DNA of 64,000 bases. Origin: Octopus vulgaris. Its lineage: Eukaryota. Where the stretch lies: contig OX597814.1 in assembly GCA_951406725.2 (NCBI GenBank), forward strand, positions 91,822,001-91,886,000, written 5' to 3'. The notes under the pieces are model-generated. The model saw only the letters and a list, made by a program, of their open reading frames with translations, was not told the DNA's origin and searched no databases. Numbering within the stretch: position 1 is the first letter of the stretch; each line of letters begins with the position of its first letter. Position numbers and translations under genes: made by a program. Shown piece after piece: positions 43,966 to 57,605 of the stretch.

Positions 43966-45141
43966 CTTGTGCATTTAGAAAAGAAAGAGAAAACCCTTAT
44001 TAGTGGTAGTGTTCTTAATGCACTTGTTTTAATTACATGGCCAAAAACTTGTTTATTTCAATTTCAGCGTCATTGTATTTTAATTTCTCCACCTCCTTCT
44101 GGCTATTGTTTCTATCAAAATATAGGAAAAAATAAGCGTATCAATAATTTCATTTCACTATTTGATGATTGTGTCTGGATGGATTCAAGTAATTTTCTTG
44201 TCTGACATGATTGTGTAAACAACATAACATTGTCATATACGATGTTCTTTGTGTGATAACAATATCTGCTCACTCTTGACTTCAAATGTCAATTTATTGA
44301 TATATCATATAATTTGCAGAACTGCTGATACGATCGTTTCTGTAAATATAATTTGACTTAGCAACCACTTGGCAGTATACTTGGATTTGGCAAAATTAGA
44401 TACAATATGGATGTTGAACTGATGGCATAATCTGTGATTGATGTCAGCATGCCTTTCATTAAATGTTTTACTTTTTAGCTGCGTATGGTTCTGCATTGGT
44501 CGTGTGTTGTAAAATCAAACCCGATGTTTTTGCTTTTAAACAAAGAGCATCTGACCACTATTGATTTTTGTCATAGCGTACAATGTCTATTCGTATTAGT
44601 CTACTCGTGCAGGATATTAGCTCTGAAGTTAATTTTGTCTTCATTCCTCAGAATATTTTCGAATTCTTTTGTAATTTTGTTTTTATATCTTAAAATGTTT
44701 CCATACTTCAATCCTGATCTAAACATTTTCTTTGGTAGAGTTATTTTCCATCTTATATTTTATTTTTTACTTATGTATCGTGAAAATATATTTTTTCATG
44801 ATTCTTTATTAAAGTTACATAGCTGGCTTCTAAATATTTTTCTTGCTGCTTCTCATTTTGTAGTAGTTTTATATTTGTATCGTACACCGCCTTCTTTGGT
44901 TGGTATATTCGTTCTAAACCAATTTTAATGTCATATCTTCGAAGAAATTTCGGAAATTTTCAACTTTTTTTGCTATTGAAGCAGTTCAATTCAAATTTAT
45001 AATATTGAAGGTTTGGTCTGTAGCTAAGAGGGCTAAAGTATGTGTTTCTACTATTATATTTCAATCATTAAGTTACGTTTCCATATTTGTTTGACATTTT
45101 TTATAATTTACCTCTTCCTTTCTGTGCATTGGATTTTATCA

Positions 45142-45197
<56 letters not shown>

Positions 45198-45208
45198 TCA
45201 TATATATA

Positions 45209-45856
45209 TAATGATGAACGGAAGAAAATGGAGAATTATGGATGTTTAAATAATTTATTTGTATGGTTTAATGAGGTTGAAAGTCTTTTATAAAAACAAT
45301 GCAAATGAATTATAAATTATAAAACTATAAAAGAAATGGCAGATGCCAAATATCTACATATATGTTTCGATTCATGCCCCTAAATGACTGGTAATTTTAG
45401 GCATTTGGGTAAGGTCTCACTAAGAATTGGTCATGATTTTCTACTATATGGAGCAGAATTTCATCAGAGCGTTATGGGCTTATACTACAAAAGTTAACAC
45501 AATACATATGTTCTAACTTCTTAAACTTATTAATAATTCGTTTGCATCTTTCACGAAATATGTTAACATTTGTAGTATAAGATCATAAAACACTGTTGAG
45601 ATTCTGTCTCATATAATTGAAAATGATGACCAATTTTTAGTATAAGACTCTATCCAAATACTTAGAATTAGTAATCACCTAGGGGCATGAAGCGAAATAT
45701 ATATGTAAGTTTTTGGCATCTGCCATTTCTTTTAGAGCTTTATAATGTATAATTTGTGTGTATTGCTTTTATAAAAAAAAACTTTCAACCTCATTTTATC
45801 ATACAAATAGATGATTTAAACATCTATAATTCTCCATGTTCTTCCTTTCATCATTA
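45209..45856. mobile_element. Fold-back element (~290-bp arms, ~61-nt spacer) with long-stem-II hammerhead-like motifs
   Basis: Arms 45209-45499 and 45561-45856. - strand 45350-45473: CTGATGA-aattc..gaatc-GAAAC-atatat-GTA. + strand 45587-45713: CTGTTGA-gattc..gaagc-GAAAT-atatat-GTA. Confidence 0.8.
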
Positions 45857-45990
45857 GTAACAATATGTATGACTATAATAATGGTCATATCGCCGAGACT
45901 TTCTCCTTATATGATAGTGATTAAGCACATACATTTTTGGCTTATTTAAGCCCTAATGAGAATATGACATCCTCGAAGTGACTGTATATA

Positions 45991-46034
<44 letters not shown>

Positions 46035-46094
46035 ATTTTTCCAGTCTGCGGAGAAATGGGTAAAATTCGCCCTATTTATAATTATACAATATGT

Positions 46095-46134
<40 letters not shown>

Positions 46135-46559
46135 GAATGTATGTATGTATTTATGTATGAATGTATGTATATATTTATGTATGCATGTATGCATGTTTGC
46201 ATGTATATATTTTCATGACAATTTCTGGATTAATATTCCGAATTCTATTTTAATGTATAACATTTCGTTTGAAGCTTTTGTTAATATCCCCCATTTTATA
46301 GTAGCTCTTGTGTATTTGCCTTATCTCATATATCTTCTTATATTTTGAATATATATATGAACAACATTTACTAGTAGTTTAAACTGAATAATCCCTCTGA
46401 ATATTTTCTAGTTATGATGTACTTTTTCTCCGTAGCATATGTAGTTCACTTGATTATTTTCAACAGATTTATAGAACAAATGTTAGGTAAATGCACTGGG
46501 GAAATATTGACATTCCCTGGAAGGATATCTCTGCTCATGAATATACGATTCATTTTAAT

Positions 46560-46850
46560 TATCTTTCCGACATTTGATTGTGAACTGTTGCATTATCCTG
46601 GGGCAGGAGCCCTAACCTTTTCCAGCGAAATTTCTTCTTGCACGTCCTCAGAGCCGCCACAAAGTATACTTTGATAACTGCCAATTGAGATGTTGCTCTT
46701 GCTGTCGAAAAAGTGAATCATCGTGAGATTCCAGTTGACTTGATATTCCTGGCCTCTTGTGCCAGCGAAAAACAGATGCTCGCCTCAGACAAGTTTTGCA
46801 ATTAGCATTGTGAAGCGCTTCAAAAGTTTCTGCATCGTTTTTACCTAGTT
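46560..46850 (-). mobile_element. Internally deleted mariner transposase remnant
   Basis: Reverse-complement translation AETFEALHNANCKTCLRRASVFRWHKR, MIHFFDSK, LLPQDNATVH. Confidence 0.7.
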
Positions 46851-47443
46851 TACTGATGTTGTTGCTTTGCTTTTTAACGGTGAATGATTGATATATTCCA
46901 TTATTTGAATACTGTCAAATATTTTCTGACAATCTAGGCCATAGTAAAGTATATTTTCTTGTTTCTACTGTATTCTTTCGAAACTCTGTTCACAACTATT
47001 TGCAATATACATTCACACATTCTTTCCTAGCACCATATTTTTTTTCTTTTGGTAGTATATTATTATCAAAGTGAATAACTCGTTGAGTAAGGATATAAAA
47101 GTTTACTATGTTATTGGCAGGGAAGATATATTTCTACAATTTGTAATCACCTGTATGCTTCTCTGAGAATTAATGTTGTTTTTCCTCCAGCACTCAATCA
47201 CATTTGGGTTCTGGTCTGCTTCCGATGTATTTGAAAAAGTTTATATACACCTATGGGTACTGGTCAAGAACTTCAGCTGGAAACAGGGACCTAATCAATA
47301 CTTGATGCATATCAACTACTTGCAAAACTTTACCTTGTCGGACAAAAGGCCCAGTAGCATTTATTCTAGGTCTTGACGTTGTGAATTCAAATACCGGCGT
47401 GGCCAGCTTCTTCTTTCAGTCATACGGGATTGATAATATATAT

Positions 47444-48008
<565 letters not shown>

Positions 48009-49001
48009 TGTATGTCTAAAATTGATAACATATATTACAAACTGTAATATATTGGAGATCATTAAATCATACGTACTACTTTCGATATGAAACTTTAGTC
48101 TAATTAAAATAAATTGCTTACCATTATATTCTTGTGCTTCTACGTAAATATTGTTATTTTCTCCTACTGCAGGATATTTGTATGAAAATTTGATGATATC
48201 TCATTGTATTGTTGGTGGCGCCGATTCTGGTACTGGCTACAGTGCATGGTTGTAAGGGTCTGTATTATTGTAGTACCGGTTGTAGTGGTGGTGGTTCTGT
48301 TGGTGATAGTAGTGCTGGTGTGTAGCTTAGGTGGTGAAAGTTTGTTGGCACAAAACGTTGATATAATTCTGCAACTGATATTTTCCCGTTGTGTGTGTGC
48401 TGTGTGTGTGTGTGTGTGTGTGTGTGTTGTTGTTGTTGTTTTTTCATATTTAATCAGTCTCACTGAAATCATACCATGAATAGGAAAGGAAATAATAACG
48501 AGAAGGAAAGATTTTTTTTGATTTTGTAAAATATTATTCAAAACAGTAAAAAACGTTAAGAAAAGCATGAATGGAAAGAAAACGAAATAAAATTGTTTGC
48601 AATATAATAAAAACTCGAAAACTAAAACCATAAAAAATCGTTAATGTATTGAAGGTCAAACTGCTTCCCATTCATGGCGTCATTCTTGCTTTCTTTCTGT
48701 CGCTAGTGAGTCGGGAAAATGGTCGTACAATCATAAGACACTTAACGAAGTCACGAAAAATCAAAGTTTTATATAATGTTTATTATTAATTAGGTTCCCA
48801 AAGATTCACAACGGATCTGACTGTGTTTGTTTTTGCCTTTAATATAACAGCATTTTACGTTTTGATTCCATAATATCGGTGCAATTATATATAGATAAAA
48901 TAGTGTGTAGATGTTTGTTTGTTGTCATTGTTGTTTATGTCTATTTCAACGAAGGTTATGTGGACGTATGTTCTAACTGTGACGATACTCTGTTATTTAT
49001 A

Positions 49002-49080
49002 AGGCGGCGAGCTGGCAGAATCGTTAGCACTCCGGGCGAAATGCTTAGCGGTATTTCGCCTGCCGTTACATTCTGCAGAA
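49002..49080 (+). mobile_element. SINE family B, 5' fragment
   Basis: ggcggcgagctggcagaatcgttagcactccgggcgaaatgcttagcggtatttcg. Confidence 0.85.
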
Positions 49081-49099
49081 TTTGAAACCAGAACGTACC

Positions 49100-49345
49100 G
49101 GTAAACAAAATACCTATTTCTTTACTACCCACAACGGGCTAAACACAGAGAGGACAAACAAGGACAGACAAACAGATTAAGTCGATTATATCGACCCCAG
49201 TGCTTAACTGGTACTTATTAAATCGACCACGAAAGGATGAAAGGCAAAGTCGACCTCGGCGGAATTTGAACTCAGAACGTAGCGGCAGACGAAATACCGC
49301 TAAGCATTTCGCCCAGCGTGCTAACGAGTGTGCCAGCTCGCCCCG
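49100..49345 (-). mobile_element. SINE family B, near full length
   Basis: Reverse complement gcggggcgagctggcacactcgttagcacgc...gagttcaaattcc (B-box-like). Confidence 0.85.
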
Positions 49346-49427
49346 CGTTCACTTAATAATAATAAACACCCACACACACATACGCACACATGCACACACC
49401 AACAAACACATACACACAAAACACACA

Positions 49428-49462
<35 letters not shown>

Positions 49463-50203
49463 TCACATACAAACATCACAAATATATACATATAAGTTGA
49501 TGTACATGTGATTGAAATGTTTATGAATGCGTTTGTATTTGAATATGTATGTATGAGAGTGCACGTCATTTCAAGTAGTTTATGTTTTCTCAGTATATAT
49601 AAGATGAGATGTTAGCAAATATAGGCACAGCTACAGAGTCCGATATAATTTAAACACTCATACTTTTCGAATTATTCTCTTCCCTGAGAGCAACTTCTTT
49701 TAATATTGAAGTTGGATTCCTTCCATCAACATCAATTTAAACTGCTTTTCTCATCCACAAATTCTTAAGTATTGGCACGGTCCCTAGACGACATGATTGC
49801 ACGATTTGTCATTTCGTCTCAATAATTTAATACCATATACATAAATAACAAATATTTTAAATTGCCTGAAGTATTTCAAAAATGCTGACATTGCTCTACA
49901 GACATGTTTGTAAACATATTTTTCATCTAAATTTTAATTTGTCTACATTTTGAATATTGGAAGTATGGTCTATTTATATATCTACAATGTTTTTTGGTGT
50001 TGATTTTGTCCCACTTAAATACGTAAGACTAACGGGGAAATGTTTGGGCTATATTGAGATTAAAAATCAAATTTAAATATTTCTTACAAGTGAATCATAT
50101 GCATCAATATAAACAGTGGTATTTCATTTTCCTTAACAAATATACATAGATACATAGACACACACACATACACAGACACACACACACACACTCACGCATA
50201 CAA

Positions 50204-50260
<57 letters not shown>

Positions 50261-50669
50261 GGAGTGACTGTGTGGTAAGTAGCTTGCTTACCAACCACAT
50301 GGTTCCGGGTTCAGTCCCACTGCGTGGCATCTTGGGCAAGTGTCTTCTGCTATAGCCCCGGGCCGACCAATGCCTTGTGAGTGGATTTGGTAGACGGAAA
50401 CTGAAAGAAGCCTGTCGTATATATGTATATATATATATGTATGTGTGTGTGTCTGTGTTTGTTCCTCTAGCATTGCTTGACAACCGATGCTGGTGTGTTT
50501 ACGTCCCCGTTACTTAGCGGTTCGGCAAAAAGAGACCGATAGAATAAGTACTGGGCTTACAAAAAAAAAAAGAATAAATCCCGGGGTCGAGTTGCTCGAC
50601 TAAAGGCGGTGCTCCAGCATGGCCGCAGTCAAATGACTGAAACAAGTAAAAGAGTAAAGAGTAAAGAGT
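50261..50669 (+). mobile_element. SINE family A, full length
   Basis: Near-identical to 30153-30588. Confidence 0.9.
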
Positions 50670-50695
50670 ATATATATATACATATATATATATAC

Positions 50696-50755
<60 letters not shown>

Positions 50756-51110
50756 TTATGTATGCATGTGTATATGTATATATGAATGATGTATATATCT
50801 TGTGTATATTCACGAGCAAACTATAGACGTATTGTTGGGAGAGAAGTATGCATTTATGAAAAACACTGAATATACTTCAAAAAAATATCTTCATCAAATT
50901 AATTGGCACCACAAATTAGATACACATTTATCTGCGAATAGACCTCCGTTGTATGATAGCTGACGTAAGTTTGTGAAAACAGTAGCTGAGGCAAATAAAA
51001 AAAAAACATGTGCGTGCACACGTAATACATACGTACATGTAAGCATGCATATGTGTATGTGTGTATCTCTATGTGTGTGTAGGTGTGTGACTGTGTATGT
51101 GTATATATGA

Positions 51111-51161
<51 letters not shown>

Positions 51162-51239
51162 AATATAAATAATATATAAATATATGCATATATACATACA
51201 TATATGTACATACCTACATATATATGTATATATATATAT

Positions 51240-51791
51240 GCATACATGCGTACAGGACATTAAAAAGACGTTGAACACAATGAGAAACGAAAACATAAAA
51301 GCAAAAACATAGAAAAGAACTTTTTTTCGGACAACGAAAAAAACAAACAGAGAAACGAGACATACAACATAAAGAATATTCCCCTTCTGCAGTTGTCCCT
51401 ATTTCAACTACTCCACAGGGCGAAGGCAAGGCAAGACGCGACTTCGTTGAAACAATCCTTCCCGCAAACCAAATCAAATCAAATTTGGGATTTTTTGCAG
51501 AGGGTGAAAGTGGTAACAAGAGCAGGACAATGAGATCAAAACAATAAACACAATAAAAAAGTAAAAGCAGTAAAAGACAGAACAATGAGAACAAAACAGT
51601 AAAAGCAAAGGCTGTTAAGCCAAGACGATGGCAAAATTATTGTGAACGTTTAAGAAGGCGAGCTTATGAAGAGACAGTACAAGCCCGTTTAGTCTTTGCG
51701 GAGCTAGTAGTCAGATGGATCCCCTCTAGTCACGTGTGAGCGACGAGAGAGTCGAGGAGGAGCAGTGATAGAGAGGGAGCGGTGAAGTGGG
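51240..51791 (-). repeat. Unclassified dispersed repeat, copy 1
   Basis: Reverse complement of ~56640-57185; a further partial copy lies at ~55900-55987. Confidence 0.8.
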
Positions 51792-51993
51792 CCATCCCAT
51801 AAATAATGCATTTTTTTCAGTTGCATGAATAAAAAGTCGTAGAGGAATGGGATACGCTACCTGCATCAACTTTCTATAGAAGCAAATAATAATTTTACCT
51901 TATCCTTCTTCTTAGTTCAAGTTTTGAATAATGCAATTCGATTTTAACAGATATTTTTCAAGGCTATAATGGAAGTAACAATGGAGCCTTTTT

Positions 51994-53736
51994 AGGTTTG
52001 AGGTACGTAGCATTTGATAAATCTATGATAAATCTATTTCAATGGAAAGCTGTGCTGAAGAAGGATGTGAAATATATATGCAATGTATATGAAATATATA
52101 TCAAAAATATATATGAAATATATATTCAATATGTTTATAATCCAGAAACATGATGTTCACAGATAACCACCAGACTTCGTTTTCGATATCTATTCCTTCT
52201 GTTTTGCATATGTGAATTACAGGGTTTGTCGTGCCCGGAGTCCCACTTTGATAGAAATAAGCATTCTTGACTGCTATTTCTATTTTTTCGGTATGCGGTC
52301 AAGCAACCTGTTGCCTGTCCCTTTTTCTTATATACAATATATATACTGAATTTTACAGAAGTTCCTGCCGGTAATCGGCTATATTTACATACCGAATTCT
52401 ACCAGTAAATAATTGTGGTTTTTTTTAAAAACCTTTATAGAAATTATTTACTCTTATTATTATATTACTAATTGGATTTTTCACTCCCTTACGACAACCC
52501 AATAGTTCCTACTCCTATGGAACTATTTTTGTGGTGCGCATGGCAAAATTTTGGAGGGAAGATTTACGAATTCAAACGCCTATGTAGGTTTAGCTTTTGC
52601 TCACTTTCTTCAAATATTTTGATGTCGCATGGTCAGAAGGTTTGAGGTACGTAGCATTTGATAAATCTATGATAAATCTATTTCAATGGAAAGCTGTGCT
52701 GAAGAAGGATGTGAAATATATATGCAATGTATATATATCAAATATATATGAAATATATATTCAATATGTTTATAATCCAGAAACATGATGTTCACAGATA
52801 ACCACCAGACTTCGTTTTCGATATCTATTCCTTCTGTTTTGCATATGTGAATTACAGGGTTTGTCGTGCCCGGAGTCCCACTTTGATAGAAATAAGCATT
52901 CTTGACTGCTATTTCTATTTTTTCGGTATGCGGTCAAGCAACCTGTTGCCTGACCCTTTTTCTTATATACAATATATATACTGAATTTTACAGAAGTTCT
53001 TGCCGGTAATCGGCTATATTTACATACCGAATTCTACCAGTAAATAATTGTGTTTTTTTTTAAAAACCTTTATAGAAATTATTTACTCTTATTATTATAT
53101 TACTAATTGGATTTTTCACTCCCTTACGACAACCCAATAGTTCCTACACCTATGGAACTATTTTTGTGGTGCGCATGGCAAAATTTTGGAGGGAAGATTT
53201 ACGAATTCAAACGTCTATGTAGGTTTAGCTTTAGCTCACTTTCTTCAAATATTTTGATGTCGCATGGTCAGAAGGTTTGAGGTACGTAGCATTTGATAAA
53301 TCTATGATAAATCTATTTCAATGGAAAGCTGTGCTGAAGAAGGATGTGAAATATATATGCAATGTATATGAAATATATATCAAAAATATATATGAAATAT
53401 ATATTCAATATGTTTATAATCCAGAAACATGATGTTCACAGATAACCACCAGACTTCGTTTTCGATATCTATTCCTTCTGTTTTGCATATGTGAATTACA
53501 GGGTTTGTCGTGCCCGAGTCCCACTTTGATAGAAATAAGCATTCTTGACTGCTATTTCTATTTTTTCGGTATGCGGTCAAGCAACCTGTTGCCTGTCCCT
53601 TTTTCTTATATACAATATATATACTGAACTTTACAGAAGTTCCTGCCGGTAATCGGCTATATTTACATACCGAATTCTACCAGTAAATAATTGTGGTTTT
53701 TTTGAAAACCTTTATAAAATTATTTACCTTTATTAT

Positions 53737-53740
<4 letters not shown>
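51994..53740. repeat. Tandem repeat, ~2.7 copies of a ~640-bp unit
   Basis: Unit start aggtttgaggtacgtagc at 51994, 52638 and 53273 (periods 644 and 635); only a handful of differences between copies. Confidence 0.95.
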
Positions 53741-53821
<81 letters not shown>

Positions 53822-53825
53822 TAAA

Positions 53826-54184
53826 AAGAGGGTTATTCTAAAGCCAAAATACACTGATTTATGCACTTATAATCCACTTGTTACAAGAAAATTGAACTGA
53901 AAGCGGGCAACTAACCTTTAGAAAAGTTAAATTTCGTTATCTCTATATTGAATCAATTTCGGAATTAATCCTATAAAGGATGTGAGTATTTTATTTATAT
54001 TCCCTCGTAAGCTCTACTGACGACGAATGTTTCCTTTATAGGATTAATTCCGAAATTGATTCAATATAAAGATAACGAAATGTAAATTTTCTAAAGGTTA
54101 GTTGCCCGCTTTCAGTTCAATTTTCTTGTAACAAGTGGATTATAAGTGGATAAATCAATGTATTGGCTTTAGAATAACCCTCTT
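53826..54184. mobile_element. Fold-back element (~155-bp arms, 51-nt spacer) with a hammerhead on the + strand
   Basis: Arms 53826-53980 and 54032-54184; 54012-54071: ctcta-CTGACGA-cgaat..attcc-GAAA-ttgattcaa-TA-taaag. Confidence 0.8.
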
Positions 54185-54300
54185 CAGCCCTTATTTATAC
54201 GATGTTTATACTTCAACCGTAAAGGTTTTTTTAATATACTGCCACGCTTTTTGATGGAATCCTTTTCTGTAGAGAAAGGGACTTCATCCTATATTGTTAG

Positions 54301-54367
<67 letters not shown>

Positions 54368-55821
54368 ATATATACATACATACATAAATACATACATACA
54401 TACATACATACATACATACATACATACATACATACATACATACATACATACATACATACGTACATATATATACATATTTGTGTATGTGTATGTAAATATC
54501 TATGTATTAAAATGTTCGAAGTTTCCAGAGAGAGAGATGCATTGGCGAGCATATAAGTTTTAACAACCATAAATTGTTCCTATTAAGCACATTAGTAGAC
54601 TAACTCTTTCAATATATACAAGTGCTACTCAACTTCATCTCCTTAACAAGCTGTACATTCGCTCTACCGCAAAATACAACTCTGGAATCGTCTGGATAAA
54701 TTCAGTTATGCAGAGTGCAACATATTTTTAACCCCATCTGTGTCATCATATTTATTTCTGTAGAGTGTCTTTTATTGAAGCGAACAGGGAAAAGTCGGAA
54801 TGTGCCAGTGCTGAATGTACGATGGACGGCAGATCACAATCTAAGATTTCTGACTACCTGAATTTAAATCAAAGACATGCAATATCCCACATTGGTATGG
54901 TGAAGGTAAAGCATTCTCAGATTCACTCACTTCTTCCTAATGGCTCCTAATGTGTCTCTCAATGTATCACTCGCTGCTCAAAAGAAGTTTAGTTTTCATA
55001 CAAGGTAAGTTTTTAAGTTTACTTCTCAATATATGGGCTGTATTATGAAGTGATCATTGAGAGCTAAATCGAAGAATAAGAGAAATTATAGAAGGAACAC
55101 ATCTAGGTAATCAATACAAATTCCAAAGCATAATTTAAAGCATACAACAAATATATATACATATAAATTTATATAAATAAGTGAACAAAATTACATGTAC
55201 AAGTTACATATTTTAGTTTGTAGTACTTTGAGTAAATCCGAAAATATGAAAACATTTAATTTTCTTCTAAATAAAGAACGAAATATGGAAATAATTGTTA
55301 GATTCAAAGTCTTGATATCAATTGCAGTTTTATTAAGAATATCATGATAAAAGTACTTATAGTAAATATTTGGTAAAGATAGATTTGTTACAGTTTCTGT
55401 ATTTATGTTTAATACTCTTTAGTGAACCTGTAAAAAATTTTCAAGAGAGCAAAGAAGCGTTATGATTTAGGAAGCAAGGTTATGTATTCTTTTATAACTG
55501 AAAAATCTTTCGGCCAGCTGCTTGTGTTAATTAATGGTAATAGAAAACAATACGCGAAAATATAAGTAAAAATATTTATCATTGGTATCACCTACGATTT
55601 TGTTTCGCTATACCACTCCTATTCATTAATATAATTGCCAACGTTCGTGAAAATGTAAGAAAACCAGCAACAATATAGATTATATTGCAGCGTTAACTCA
55701 TTAAATTTGATGATATAACCCTTCATTATTATTATATAACACATCTCAATGAATGCATGCATGTGTATAAATAAATATAGATAGATAGGGAGATAGATAG
55801 ATAGATACATACATACATACA

Positions 55822-55855
<34 letters not shown>

Positions 55856-56031
55856 CATGGACATATCCGCCTGCATGCAGACATATACGCATATTATTTG
55901 AAAAAAAGTTCGTTTCTATGTTTTTGTTTTTATATTTTCATTTCTCATTGATCCACGTTTTTTATGACCTGTACCCTTATATGCATGTATTTATATATAT
56001 GTGTGTGTGTAGGTATGTACATATATGTATA

Positions 56032-56101
<70 letters not shown>

Positions 56102-56181
56102 TCCCGGGTTGAGTCAGGGTTAACAACAGTCAATAAGGTACTCAATACATAGCAGAGTAAATTAATTTATTTTATAGAAGG

Positions 56182-56232
56182 AGCTTCTACAGGACTAGAA
56201 CTGTTTCATTCAAAAGAAATCATCAGGAAGCT
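56182..56232 (-). ncRNA. Type-I hammerhead ribozyme candidate (left arm)
   Basis: Reverse complement agcttc-CTGATGA-tttcttttgaat-GAAAC-ag-ttctagtc-ct-GTA-gaagct. Confidence 0.75.
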
Positions 56233-56357
56233 AGTAGACAAGAGTTGTTTTGGCATTTATACATTTAGGCAGGTTTAAATGGGTGGTGGAAAGTCCCCCA
56301 CCACCACCCATTTAAACCTGCCTAAATGTATAAATGCCAAAACAACTCTTGTCTACT

Positions 56358-56407
56358 AGCTTCCTGATGATTTCTTTGAATGAAACAGTTCTAGTCCTGT
56401 AGAAGCT
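56358..56407 (+). ncRNA. Type-I hammerhead ribozyme candidate (right arm)
   Basis: agcttc-CTGATGA-tttctttgaat-GAAAC-ag-ttctagtc-ct-GTA-gaagct: 6-bp stem I, 4-bp stem III, GUA site at 56399-56401; stem II opens with U-U instead of G-C. Confidence 0.75.
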
Positions 56408-56639
56408 CCTTCTATAAAATAAAATAAAATATATATATATATATATATGCATATATTTATATATTATTTATATTATTATATGATCGAACACCACGCATCC
56501 TTTTCGAAGTAAGTTTTATCTTAATAATTACGATGTGCACTCTTCTCATTCACTATTTCTTCTCTGTCTATCTCTCTCCCTCTCTTGTTCTTTATCCTTT
56601 CTGGTTTTCTCTCCCACCCTTCCCTATTCTTCTCCTCTC

Positions 56640-57185
56640 CCCTTCACCGTTCCCTCTCTCTCTTACTCCTCCTCCTCGACTCTCTCGTTACTGACACGTG
56701 ATCAGAGGGAAGCCATCTTTCGAACTTCTATCTTCACCAAGACTAGACTAGCTTATCCTGTCTCTTTCATAAGCATTCAGAATATTTTTCGATCGTCTTG
56801 ACTTAACAGCCCTCATCGTTTGTTTTTGCTGTTTCCTTCTCATTGTTCTGTCTTTTACTGTTTTTACATTTTTATTGCTTTTACTATTTTGTTCTTACTG
56901 TCCTATTCTTGTTACCATTTTTACCCCCCGCAAAAAATCCTAAATTTTATTTAATTTGCTTTGCGGGAAGGACTGTTTCAAAGAAGTAGAGTCTTGTCCT
57001 TACATTCGAACGCGGAGTAGATGAAGAAGGAGAATACTGAAGAAGGGGAATATCCCTTGTGTTGTATGTCGTGTAGTCTGTTTTCTTTCGTTGTTAAAAA
57101 AAGTTCGTTTCTACGTTTTTGTTTTTATGTTTTCGTTTCTCATTGTGTTCCACGTCTTTTTAGGTCCTGTACCCATATATGCATA
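56640..57185 (+). repeat. Unclassified dispersed repeat, copy 2 (inverted relative to 51240-51791)
   Basis: Shared blocks such as tttgcgggaagga, gaaggggaatat and ttttatgttttcgtttctcattgtgttc. Confidence 0.8.
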
Positions 57186-57300
57186 TATATATACATATAT
57201 ATATATATGTGTATGTACATATATGTATGTATATATGCATATAGTTAAATATTATTTATATTATTATATTATCGAACGCCTCGCAGACTTTTCCAAGTTT

Positions 57301-57360
<60 letters not shown>

Positions 57361-57361
<1 letters not shown>

Positions 57362-57605
57362 TATAGGAAAGAATGGAGCTGAACGAAGATTTAACAAAAG
57401 AAAAGAAAATAAAGGAATTTTGTTAAATCTTCGTTCAGCTCCATTCTTTCCTATACTTAATATATAAAACTTAAAATTTCCGCACTAAGGCACGGATTTT
57501 ATGCCCTATGGTCGTAACTTCAACCGTGCCCTTTCTGTTGTGAGTTTGCTACCCATGGTATCGGTTATCTTTCGAATTATCCGTAATAAGATAATTCATT
57601 TGTCT

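Larger units (their letters stand above)
56166..56423. mobile_element. Near-perfect palindrome (~124-bp arms, 11-nt loop) between (TA)n tracts
   Basis: 56166-56289 versus 56301-56423; I see only a 1-nt indel, in the HHR stem II loop. Confidence 0.9.

Noticed and set aside
54764-55004. Exon-like segment bounded by tttctgtag and aag|gtaagt
   Set aside because: All three frames contain stops and no partner exons were identified; a non-coding exon cannot be excluded without RNA-seq.
57000-57050. ctgaaga motif downstream of ttcgaacgcgg in the unclassified repeat, as a permuted hammerhead
   Set aside because: No consistent stems, and the sister copy at ~51380-51430 lacks both core halves.
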